A stretch of 45,135 bases of DNA from a virus (taxonomy: Duplodnaviria > Caudoviricetes): positions 1-45,135 of IMG/VR virus record IMGVR_UViG_3300037311_000503; one strand, given 5' to 3'. How positions within the stretch are numbered: position 1 is the first letter of the stretch; every line of letters begins with the position of its first letter. This document shows positions 19,256 through 27,473 of this stretch, piece after piece. A program made the translations under genes and the position numbers. The notes beneath the pieces are model-generated. The model made no database searches. It was not told the origin of the DNA and saw only the letters and a program-made list of their open reading frames with translations.

Positions 19256-19729
19256 ATGAGCGATGACCATGCGAACTTCTTTGACGCCATGGCAAGCGAT
19301 GCGGGGCTTGTGCTGCTTGCCGATGTTGGCCGCGCGGTGCGCGTGCAGCGTTTGCCGACGGTGCTGGGTGATCCGCCCATCGGCGACGCAACCGACGTGG
19401 CCCTGGTGCACGTGACGCCAGCGGCCCGCATGGGCAGCGGCATGGATGCGGCGGGGGAGCGGACGCTGCGGCCTGTGCGCGAGAAGCAGCAATGGATGGC
19501 GATGGTATTGGCGGCTGCGGCGGATGGAAGGCCGACGGCAAGCGGGCTTGTCAAGCGGGACAACCTCAGTGACGCGGCTGGCGGCGTGGTGTCGCTGCGC
19601 CGCGAAGATCGGCTGCTTGTGCCGGGGCACATTGTGGGTGATGAGGCGCCGACGGTGACGCTGCGTGTGGTGGGCAACGTGGTGCTCTCGCCTGGCGGGG
19701 GGTATTACACGTGCCTGCTGGAGCGATAG
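19256..19729 (+). CDS. Putative head-tail connector
   Basis: Synteny and size; alternative start at 19193. Confidence 0.5.
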   Translation: MSDDHANFFDAMASDAGLVLLADVGRAVRVQRLPTVLGDPPIGDATDVALVHVTPAARMGSGMDAAGERTLRPVREKQQWMAMVLAAAADGRPTASGLVKRDNLSDAAGGVVSLRREDRLLVPGHIVGDEAPTVTLRVVGNVVLSPGGGYYTCLLER

Positions 19730-19748
19730 GGCTCAAGGGCTTGACAGC

Positions 19749-20759
19749 ATGGACAGCATGAACACGCAAGACCGGCTGGACCTGGAGGCAACGCGGGAGG
19801 CAACTCGCGAAACCCGCGCATTGAGCGCGATCGGCGAGCTGGACGGTTCGGGCAAAGAGGACGCGATGCTGATCGCGGTCGACGCGTATGTGCATGAGGC
19901 GGCGGCGATGCTGGGGTGCGTGACATCCGCGGTGGCGGCGGCAATGGCAGAACGCAACCGGGACTTTATCGACCACCACAAAAAAACCGTGCTCAAGGGG
20001 CTGCGATTCAAGGCTGGGGATCGAGCCCGGCGGATGATCGCGTCGCGGATGTTTGGCTATGCGCAAGTTGCCGATGTGCTGCGCACCGGAAAGATCGAAG
20101 ACGCGAAGGGCGAGAGCTTTGTCGCAAGCCGTGAAGATGTGCCACAGCTGACGGCAAAGGCGATTCTGACCTTTGAACGCGGCGGGCAAGTGCAGGGCTC
20201 GGGCTTTATGGCGGTGCCGATTGGCGATGGGCTGCCTTACAAGGGGGCGTTTGCGACGCGCCCGATCTGGCAGGGGAGGAACGGGCAGGATTTGCTGGAG
20301 GAGTCGCGGCGGGCGGCGGCATCGGGCGGCGTGCCCCGCTTTGTCATGCGTTACAGCCCGCTGGCCAAGCGCATCCTGATCTTTGATCGCGGCAACACGC
20401 GGACGCAGCGGGCGAATGCACGCTCGCGCATGCCTGGGCAGGCCTTGCCGATGACGCTGGTGGGCATGCTGACCAGGCGACGCATGCAGCCTGCGAAGAT
20501 GGGCGTGATGGCGGCGGCGAGCAAGATTCTGCCCAAGCACATGGCCAAGCTCGATGAGGCGGTGTCGCTTGCGACGACGGCGGCGGGGCAGCAGGAGCTC
20601 GCGCTGCGGACGATCTCGACGATTGCCGCGCGGCGGGCGTACAGCCAGACCTTTCGCGACTACCTCGAGATGAACCCGGAGCGGTTTGCGGCGGCCAAGA
20701 AAGCGGCGCGGCAAGCGCGGAGCATGGTGAAGGCGGCGCGGATCGTGAAGGGTGACTAG
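19749..20759 (+). CDS. Putative tail completion/neck protein
   Basis: Basic protein in the gpZ-like position; FMAVP motif. Confidence 0.45.
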   Translation: MDSMNTQDRLDLEATREATRETRALSAIGELDGSGKEDAMLIAVDAYVHEAAAMLGCVTSAVAAAMAERNRDFIDHHKKTVLKGLRFKAGDRARRMIASRMFGYAQVADVLRTGKIEDAKGESFVASREDVPQLTAKAILTFERGGQVQGSGFMAVPIGDGLPYKGAFATRPIWQGRNGQDLLEESRRAAASGGVPRFVMRYSPLAKRILIFDRGNTRTQRANARSRMPGQALPMTLVGMLTRRRMQPAKMGVMAAASKILPKHMAKLDEAVSLATTAAGQQELALRTISTIAARRAYSQTFRDYLEMNPERFAAAKKAARQARSMVKAARIVKGD

Positions 20760-20800
20760 GCGCGGACAAGACAACACGTGCGACAGAAGGAGCAAGGACA

Positions 20801-21307
20801 ATGAGCATTCCAACCGGGGACACGCAGCGGTCGAAAATCTTGACGCAGATACAGGCGGCGGTGGCAGCACTCCCCTGGGCCGGCTTTGTGTCGGAGGTGC
20901 TGGATGAAAGCCTGACGGCGGCGGCGTTTGCGGCAGGCAAGTGCGTGCTGGAATGGGGCGTGGAGAGCGACCGCAGCCTGCGCGGCGAGGGCGTGGATGC
21001 GGGCTGGGAAGTGGAGCAGCTGCGGTTTGTTGTTTTGTTCAACGTGCTAATCCCGCCTGCGGCATATGCGAGCACCTCGCCGTCGATCGTTGCGTCCAGG
21101 TTGTACGCGTCGCTGGTGGAGACGATGACCGGCCTGGCTGGCCCCAGCCAAGGAGGCGTATGGCCCGATGGCACGGGCGCTGGGCTCGCGCTGCACACGG
21201 AGCTGCTGGGCGGGGGAGCGTGCGGTTTCGTCGATGAACGCCTGGATGTGGCGATGACGGAGGCGAGCTTTGTTGTTACTTACAGGCATCCGCTGGGCAG
21301 GCCGTGA
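20801..21307 (+). CDS. Putative tail terminator
   Basis: RSKILTQIQAAV N-terminal helix, C-terminal FVVTYRH, and synteny. Confidence 0.6.
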   Translation: MSIPTGDTQRSKILTQIQAAVAALPWAGFVSEVLDESLTAAAFAAGKCVLEWGVESDRSLRGEGVDAGWEVEQLRFVVLFNVLIPPAAYASTSPSIVASRLYASLVETMTGLAGPSQGGVWPDGTGAGLALHTELLGGGACGFVDERLDVAMTEASFVVTYRHPLGRP

Positions 21308-21334
21308 TGCGGTGCAAACAAGGTTGGGGCAAAC

Positions 21335-21362
21335 GCGGCCAAGCCCGCTAAGGCTTGGCCGC
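21335..21362. terminator. 11-bp hairpin between convergent genes
   Basis: GCGGCCAAGCC-CGCTAA-GGCTTGGCCGC. Confidence 0.6.
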
Positions 21363-21406
21363 CCTATTCTGCGGCATCACCATGGAACGTGGATTCTCGC
21401 GGTCGG

Positions 21407-21616
21407 TCAGGACTTTTTGAGATGCACGAGCTTTGGTGTGGCCGCTGCCTGCGCGCGGGTGGCTGCATTCATGCAGTTGCCCAAGCGCCGGTAGGCCTTG
21501 CTTTGCTTCACGATCAAGCCGTAGGCATCCTCGGCTCTCCATGTGAACGCTCCGTCGAGCGTTGGCTCGACAACGATGATGAGTCGCGTGAAGGCTAGAA
21601 AACGGGGTGTTTTCAT
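21407..21616 (-). CDS. Small antisense moron, DUF1508/YegP-like
   Basis: AAGGAG SD; DGAFTWRAEDAYGLIVKQSKAYRRLGNCMNA resembles DUF1508. Confidence 0.6.
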   Translation of the reverse strand: MKTPRFLAFTRLIIVVEPTLDGAFTWRAEDAYGLIVKQSKAYRRLGNCMNAATRAQAAATPKLVHLKKS

Positions 21617-21846
21617 AACAATCTCCTTGGCCAAAAGGGGCACGAGCAACGCGCTCGATTCCGGGTGGCCATCGCGATACTACCGATCGCCGCGTGCTTG
21701 ACAAGGCGACTTCCACCGATCGCCCAATCTGTCAACTGTCGGCCTCGCAGGGTGTCAAACCGCCTGCCAGCCTGGGCAAGTTTGTAAAACCCCACCCGCG
21801 TCCTCTTTCCCTCTCATCTTGCACTGCGTCTCTGCGTCTCTGTGCT

Positions 21847-21920
21847 GAGCATCTTGCCTTTGGCATCTGGCCTTCGCATCTTGCCTTCACATTGGGCCCT
21901 GAGCATTTTGCCCTCGCATC
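21847..21920. repeat. Degenerate 13-14-bp tandem repeat (GCATCTTGCCTT core), about 5.5 copies
   Basis: gagcatcttgcctt / tggcatctggcctt / cgcatcttgcctt / cacattgggccct / gagcattttgccct / cgcatc. Confidence 0.8.
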
Positions 21921-21923
21921 GAC

Positions 21924-21954
21924 GGGTACGCAGGCCGGTTTGTGGCATGCTTGG
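21924..21954 (+). promoter_or_regulatory. Putative late promoter, second copy
   Basis: GGGTAC-gcaggccggt-TTGTGGCATG-c-TTGG. Confidence 0.55.
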
Positions 21955-23588
21955 AGGACTTGGCTCGCAGCTCGCAAACTCCTGGCGGGACGGCGATACC
22001 CACGACCTGCGTCGTGGGTGGTGCTGCGCCTGGGGGGAACCAGCGGCCCTGCGAGACGATCGCGGTGGGCTTGGTCGAGGCCTGGAAGATTGACGCGGGG
22101 ACGGGCACCGTCGCGGCGGGCGTGCTGGGGCGGGCTGCACTCACGTTGACGCCGTACACGCTTTCAGCCGAGGATGCTTGGCACGCTGCGGGCGATGATG
22201 ACAGCGGGCGCGGATTCTTTGGCGGCTATGGGTTTGCCACCTTGCCGATGGGGCTCTCGGCGAGCGGCGTGCCGGGGAGTGGTGAAGGGCTGCTCGCGAA
22301 AGTGGGCGACAGCATCACGCTCGCGCAGCGGCGATGGGTGACTGGCTTGCAGCACGTGCGCAGCCCGCTGCCATTTTCGGTGCTTGGCTTTGGCAGTTTG
22401 GTCTACTCGCTGCTCGAGCTGATTGCCGACGGCGGGCCCAGCCCACCCCGCGTGTATTTGCGGCCCAGGCTCAGCGACAGCTCGGGGGGTATGGCGGCGG
22501 TCATTGATCGCGGCGTGTTTCGCGGGGCGTATCCCAATCAGGTGCCGATTCCTGGCACCGAGGGCGGGATGCCGGGCTTTCCGGCGATCGTGCCCTTGAC
22601 TGATGAGCCCGCGCCTGCGCTGTGGATCGTGTCGGCGACGATGATCGCAGCGGACGTGATCAGCTTCAGCCTGTATGGCGGGATGGTGCACGCGGGCGAT
22701 GGGCTGGTGCTGCTGTCGCCGGTGTGTTACAACGGCAATGCCGATGGCAGCGTGAGCGATGTGACAACGCCGAGCACGGGGACGAATCCGTACACGACAG
22801 ACGGTTTGGTGCGGGCGTTTGCGGGTGGATTTGTCGAAGGAAACGCGGTGCCTAACGCATCGGGCGTGGGCGATGATGGGGGCGTGCAGGCCATCGGCGC
22901 GATGCTCACGAATGCGATGCCTGGAGAGGACACGATCTTTGCTCCTGGGCGAGGCGGGGGCGAGCTGCGGACGTTGGCGATTGGAGGCACCATCAGCCAG
23001 GACACAATCCACCAAGCTGCGCTCTGGGCTCGCGCGCTGACGCAGGCCGAAGTGACCTGGCTGCTTGCGGGCGATGCGGCGGGGCTGGGAGCGGCAAGCC
23101 GGTGCTCGCTGGATCGTTTGTTTGCGACCATCGCGGCGGCGGGGAGCCAGTGCCCGCAGCAGCCTGCGGGCTGCACGCTGGCGGGCGGGCTGGGAACGGC
23201 CAACCCGCTGCTGACTGCAACCGGGCTGAATGCCCTGACGCCGACGACGATCGCGCGCGTGGACACGCATGCCATCGTGGTTGATAGCGGTGACGAGCTG
23301 CGGGCGACGCGCCGCGCGGCGGAGGCGGTAACGACGGCGTATGAGCTTACCTGGCAGGCCTCGGACGTGACCAAGGACCAGTATGAGCGTGTGCGGCAGG
23401 CGCTGGCGGTGACGGCGAACGGGGCGACGACAACGCGTTGGCGGCATCCGGCGGATGACGTGCGCACCGATGGGACGGTGTGCAGTGCGCTGCGCTATCG
23501 CATTCGCAACGCGGCGGAGCTTGGGATCACGCGCGGGCGGGGCGGGCATCATGGTGGGATGCGGTTGGTACTTGAGCGAGTGGACTAG
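21942..23588 (+). CDS. Virion protein with LamG-like region and distal-tail-like C-terminus
   Basis: IHQAALWARALTQAEV is LamG-type; YELTW...RWRHP resembles the 30449 product. Confidence 0.5.
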   Translation: MACLEDLARSSQTPGGTAIPTTCVVGGAAPGGNQRPCETIAVGLVEAWKIDAGTGTVAAGVLGRAALTLTPYTLSAEDAWHAAGDDDSGRGFFGGYGFATLPMGLSASGVPGSGEGLLAKVGDSITLAQRRWVTGLQHVRSPLPFSVLGFGSLVYSLLELIADGGPSPPRVYLRPRLSDSSGGMAAVIDRGVFRGAYPNQVPIPGTEGGMPGFPAIVPLTDEPAPALWIVSATMIAADVISFSLYGGMVHAGDGLVLLSPVCYNGNADGSVSDVTTPSTGTNPYTTDGLVRAFAGGFVEGNAVPNASGVGDDGGVQAIGAMLTNAMPGEDTIFAPGRGGGELRTLAIGGTISQDTIHQAALWARALTQAEVTWLLAGDAAGLGAASRCSLDRLFATIAAAGSQCPQQPAGCTLAGGLGTANPLLTATGLNALTPTTIARVDTHAIVVDSGDELRATRRAAEAVTTAYELTWQASDVTKDQYERVRQALAVTANGATTTRWRHPADDVRTDGTVCSALRYRIRNAAELGITRGRGGHHGGMRLVLERVD

Positions 23589-23677
23589 TCGCGGGCGGAC
23601 TCGTCGCGGGTGGATTCGCTGAAAATGGTGATTGGAAACAAAGCGCGGGAAAGCGCGGAAAGGAAACGGGGTGTTGC

Positions 23678-24895
23678 ATGCTGAATAGGAACGTGACTGT
23701 GGGCGTCGCGTTGGAAAACGACGAAGGCGTTGAGGAGTCGCTGGCGGAGGTGGACTACGCGGGAAGTCGCAAGGAAACCAATCACAGCTATGAGCACGAG
23801 GACTACGAGCGTGAGCTCGATCGCGGCGTGCTGAGCAAGCAGGCGCCGGTCAAGAGCCGATTTGGGATGACGCATTCGTGGATGGAAGAGTGCATCGGCG
23901 GCTCTGCGGCTCCTGGGAACATTCAGATTCCGCCCTGGAGCAAGACCCTCCAGGGGATGGGCTTTGCCGCTTCGGGCAATATCTTTCAATGGACCTGTGC
24001 GACCACGGGCGCAACAGCGGAGGTTGGGGACCGCGTGGGGAACAACGCGAACCCGCTGCTGGCGACAAAGACGGCGATTGTGGTGCGCGCAACCGCCACG
24101 ACGATCTGGCTCGCGCCCACCAGGGGTGTGCTGGCAGCCACCGATGACCTGCGCAACTACTCGCGGACGGGGAGCTACGTGCTCAGTGGCACCGGCACAA
24201 ACAAGGGCTGGCGATTCACGCCTCAGACGGAAACAGAATCGGTTGTGCCGCCCAGCCTCACCATCACGCGCGACCTGGGCGGCGAGCTGCACACGGCGGT
24301 GGGCGCACGTGGCACAGGGAGCTTTGTGCTGCGGCAGGGTGAGCCGTGCATGATTGAGGCCGAGTTTCAAGGGGTGCCGAAGTTTGAAACCGGCACCCGC
24401 AGGCCGCGTGTGCGCGTGGGGGCAAGGCCCAACCCACCCGCGACTCTTGCTGCGCCGACGCCGGTCGCTGGCATTCCCCTTCGCATGCGGCATGCTGGGG
24501 GCTCGCATGCGCCGCTGGTCACTGAGCTGACGATTCAGATCAACAACACGCTCGCACGGCGTCGCACGATGACCGATGCCGACATCGACGATACCGGATT
24601 TTTGGCAACGCGAATCACAGATCGCAGCGTGCAGATCTCTATCGACCCCGAGCACGTCGCGTCGAGCGTGTTTGACGTGCACGGCTTTGTGCATGGCCAG
24701 AGCGAGTTTGAGCTCATTGTTCCGTATGGACGCGCAACAGACCCGAACGGGCAGATCGTGTTTTACGCGCCCAGGTGCAGCCTCGTGGGCAGCGTGGAGC
24801 CAGGGGACCGTGATGGAATCACGACCATGCCGCTGACCATCGGGTGCTATGGCGACAACGACGACGAGCTGCACGTGATGCTGCTGTATCCGTAA
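23678..24895 (+). CDS. Major tail tube protein
   Basis: PSLTI, EAEFQG, ITDRSVQISIDPE and GDRDGI motifs; precedes the chaperone genes. Confidence 0.75.
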   Translation: MLNRNVTVGVALENDEGVEESLAEVDYAGSRKETNHSYEHEDYERELDRGVLSKQAPVKSRFGMTHSWMEECIGGSAAPGNIQIPPWSKTLQGMGFAASGNIFQWTCATTGATAEVGDRVGNNANPLLATKTAIVVRATATTIWLAPTRGVLAATDDLRNYSRTGSYVLSGTGTNKGWRFTPQTETESVVPPSLTITRDLGGELHTAVGARGTGSFVLRQGEPCMIEAEFQGVPKFETGTRRPRVRVGARPNPPATLAAPTPVAGIPLRMRHAGGSHAPLVTELTIQINNTLARRRTMTDADIDDTGFLATRITDRSVQISIDPEHVASSVFDVHGFVHGQSEFELIVPYGRATDPNGQIVFYAPRCSLVGSVEPGDRDGITTMPLTIGCYGDNDDELHVMLLYP

Positions 24896-25157
24896 AGGCT
24901 CCGGCTGTTTGCCGCTGATGGCGGCTGGAAAAGATCGGCTGGAAAAAACTTGCCACAAAATGTGCTACATGTGTCAAGACGCGTGCTATGTAGTGCGATA
25001 AAAGGGTCACACCAGTTGGCGACGCGGATGCGAAAAAGGGGTGAAGCAGCCCCCCGCGTCGCTTAAGTTTGGCAGGATATGGACGCGGCCTGCGTGTGGC
25101 GGGTTGTGCAACGTTGGTGGGGCAAAGCGGGCTGGGAAGGCTCATGAGGAGTGCAAT

Positions 25158-25622
25158 ATGGCTGGGAAGTTTGCGATGATTCCGACGGTGAATGTGCCGC
25201 AGCTGGTGGTGCTTTCGTGCGGGGCAAAGGCTCGCGTGCGGGCGGCAACACGGACAGACAAGCGGCGGCTGACGACGGCGTGCGAAGGGAACGGCGAGAT
25301 TGGTTTTTTGGCCAAGCTCACCGAGGCCTCGGTGCGGTTTGGCGTTGTGGGGCTTGACAGCGGGGACAACGGCGAGACGCTGCGCAACGTGCAAACGGGA
25401 AAGCCGGTGGAGGTCAAGCGGGCTGGGGACCGCGAGTATCCGGGGCTGGGGGATATTTGCAGCAGCGCGCTGTATGACGCGCTCTCCAACGAGGACGTCA
25501 AGGCAATCAACGCGGTTGTCATGGGCAACACCGACGCGTTTGGGAATGCGTTTGGTGATGATGGCAGCGGCGAAAGCAGCGGGGAAACAGGCGGAGAGGG
25601 CAGCGACCCAAAAGCGTCGTAG
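25158..25622 (+). CDS. Tail assembly chaperone (gpG-like)
   Basis: GAGGAG SD, position after the tail tube, and slippery CCCAAAA just before the stop. Confidence 0.75.
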   Translation: MAGKFAMIPTVNVPQLVVLSCGAKARVRAATRTDKRRLTTACEGNGEIGFLAKLTEASVRFGVVGLDSGDNGETLRNVQTGKPVEVKRAGDREYPGLGDICSSALYDALSNEDVKAINAVVMGNTDAFGNAFGDDGSGESSGETGGEGSDPKAS

Positions 25623-26236
25623 GGCCTGCTGGCCTCAGCGCACTGCATGGGCTCATGCGGAAGACGGCTGCCTGGGTGCATGCGATGCGGGCCACGGTCG
25701 CGGCGGAGCTTGCTGGGGAGGAAGACAACGCGGCGGAGGCCGCGAGGGCGTTGCGGCCCTGCCCGACGTGCGAAGGAAAAGCGGCGGGCTTTGGTGGGAG
25801 TGAAGGTTGTGGTTTGTGCGATGGGCTTGGATTTGTGCGCGGAGATTCCTCTGGAGGTTGTGGAAAGGAAAGTGGGAATACGTGGGAGGCCTGCGAAGGA
25901 CCTGGGGATGGGAGCAGCTCGGGAGGGAGGGCGGGGGACGGCACGCGATCGCAGGGCGTGCCGCCCGAGCTGGCGGAGGCGTGGGGAGTTGTGGGCGACT
26001 GCCTTGCCGCCTGGCGGGCGATTGAGACTTACGGGATTAGCGATGGGCTCATGGCGCTTGGGGGGCCAGAGGCCCTTGCACACGGCTGGCACCCGGTGAT
26101 GTTGGAGCTGGTGGAGGAGCTGAACCAGGAGCTGTCGCGACTGGAACACGAGGACCGCAAGCTTGAAGCGAGCCGCGCACGCAAGGCTCGCGAGGCGGCG
26201 GAACGCAGAGCACGCTTGGGGCGGGCTGTGCGGTAG
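25607..26236 (+). CDS. gpT-like -1 frameshift extension of the tail chaperone
   Basis: C CCA AAA at 25607-25613; the -1 frame is open from there into ORF 25655-26236. Confidence 0.75.
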   Translation, partial: PKSVVGPAGLSALHGLMRKTAAWVHAMRATVAAELAGEEDNAAEAARALRPCPTCEGKAAGFGGSEGCGLCDGLGFVRGDSSGGCGKESGNTWEACEGPGDGSSSGGRAGDGTRSQGVPPELAEAWGVVGDCLAAWRAIETYGISDGLMALGGPEALAHGWHPVMLELVEELNQELSRLEHEDRKLEASRARKAREAAERRARLGRAVR

Positions 26237-26267
26237 AAGAACCTTGCGTGCGACTGGGAGAAGTGGA

Positions 26268-27077
26268 ATGCAGGCAGAAACGACAACGGATGCGCAGATT
26301 CGGGAAAGTGATTTAGCGAATGAGATGCGCAGCGGCGGCGTGCTGATTGAACCGGCTGTCGCCGAGAACAGCATGCTGGAAGAAAGCCGGTCCGCATCGC
26401 GGGTGGAAGAGGCGGTGCTGAAAGAAGCGGAGCTGATGGCAGAGGCTGCCAAGCTGGCGAGTGTGGTGGAGGTGAAGCCCTTGCGTGCGGACGCAGGCGA
26501 CGTGGACGCTGCGGCGAGCGGTGCTGGCGATGACGTTGGCGATGGCGTGCCGCAGCAGCCGGTGCCGATTCCGCCGCCGACATCGGGATACGTGATCGTC
26601 GGCGAGATTGCGCGTGGGCCCCGCGCGGGGCAGGTGTTTGCGCTTGTGGACCTGGTGGTGCTGGGCGAGTGGCAGAGCGATGGGCATGACACGCGGATGG
26701 CGCACAGGGCGACGCCGGTGTACCGGGACGTGAACGCGGCCCACCTCGATCGCGAGCGGATCGTGGGCTTGCAGCTCGCCAAGCTGCCGACGTGCTTTGA
26801 CGTGGTGCCGCGTTTGACAGTGCGCGAGTTTCGCGGGTTTAGCCCAGCCGACCGGTATGGGCACTCGCTGGTGGTGTTTGGCAGCGAAGCGATCGCTGCG
26901 CCAGAGTGGATGGCGTACACGGTGGGCGTGCACGACGCTGGTGATGCGGCCTCTGCGGCTGATGCGGCTGTTGCTGGCGGCGGGATTGTCGAAGCGATTG
27001 CCAAGGGGCAAATGCAGGCGAACACCCAGGGACAGACGCAGGGCCAAGCACACGCGCAGCCGAACGTGATCGGCTAG
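26268..27077 (+). CDS. Hypothetical protein
   Basis: Acidic low-complexity N-terminus and a globular core; GGGAG upstream. Confidence 0.65.
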   Translation: MQAETTTDAQIRESDLANEMRSGGVLIEPAVAENSMLEESRSASRVEEAVLKEAELMAEAAKLASVVEVKPLRADAGDVDAAASGAGDDVGDGVPQQPVPIPPPTSGYVIVGEIARGPRAGQVFALVDLVVLGEWQSDGHDTRMAHRATPVYRDVNAAHLDRERIVGLQLAKLPTCFDVVPRLTVREFRGFSPADRYGHSLVVFGSEAIAAPEWMAYTVGVHDAGDAASAADAAVAGGGIVEAIAKGQMQANTQGQTQGQAHAQPNVIG

Positions 27078-27101
27078 GCACGCCGCACGTGCGATGGTTT
27101 A

Positions 27102-27171
27102 TGCGGGCGGACTGGTTGTTCGGCGGGGGCTCATATTCCCTGCTTGCCGGGTTCGATTCCCGGGCCCGCTA
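27102..27171 (+). tRNA. Atypical tRNA with CAT anticodon (Met/fMet or Ile2), short D-arm, no encoded CCA
   Basis: Acceptor GCGGGC/GCCCGC with 1:72 T:T mismatch; anticodon arm GGGGG-CTCATAT-TCCCT; T-arm CCGGG-TTCGATT-CCCGG. Confidence 0.8.
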
Positions 27172-27173
27172 TT

Positions 27174-27437
27174 TGGAGCGACGCGGTGAATGAAAAAAAG
27201 TGCACGTTCACTCCGTGCTGTGTAGCAAACAGCAACGCACCGCAACGGCGGAGACAGAGGACGGGAACTGCTCCACGCTTTGACTTTGGAAAGAGAGAGT
27301 GCCGCGTGGGCAAACGACGCTCAACACGAAAGTGAGGTGCTGCATGAAGACCAAGTAAACCGACAGCCCCTGGAGGGATGGAGTGGAAACCTGCTGCTGG
27401 CGCCGCGCAGAGCGCGAGTCTGCGCGGCGTTGGTGGC
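27174..27437 (+). ncRNA. Candidate structured ncRNA downstream of the tRNA
   Basis: Several nested helices, a GAAA tetraloop and a 19-bp terminal hairpin in a ~300-nt gap with no convincing ORF. Confidence 0.45.
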
Positions 27438-27473
27438 TGGGGGGAGAAGCGAAGGCCGCGAAGCAAGGAGACT

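Noticed and set aside
13998-19630. Long minus-strand ORFs (891 aa, 897 aa and similar ones elsewhere)
   Set aside because: They are antisense shadows of clear structural genes in GC-rich DNA, Arg/Pro-rich and without motifs.
21847-21920. Mini CRISPR array
   Set aside because: The units are only 13-14 bp and adjacent, with no spacers and no cas genes.
27102-27171. tRNA as the att site or prophage boundary
   Set aside because: It lies mid tail operon with phage genes on both sides, and no duplicate of its 3' end was seen.
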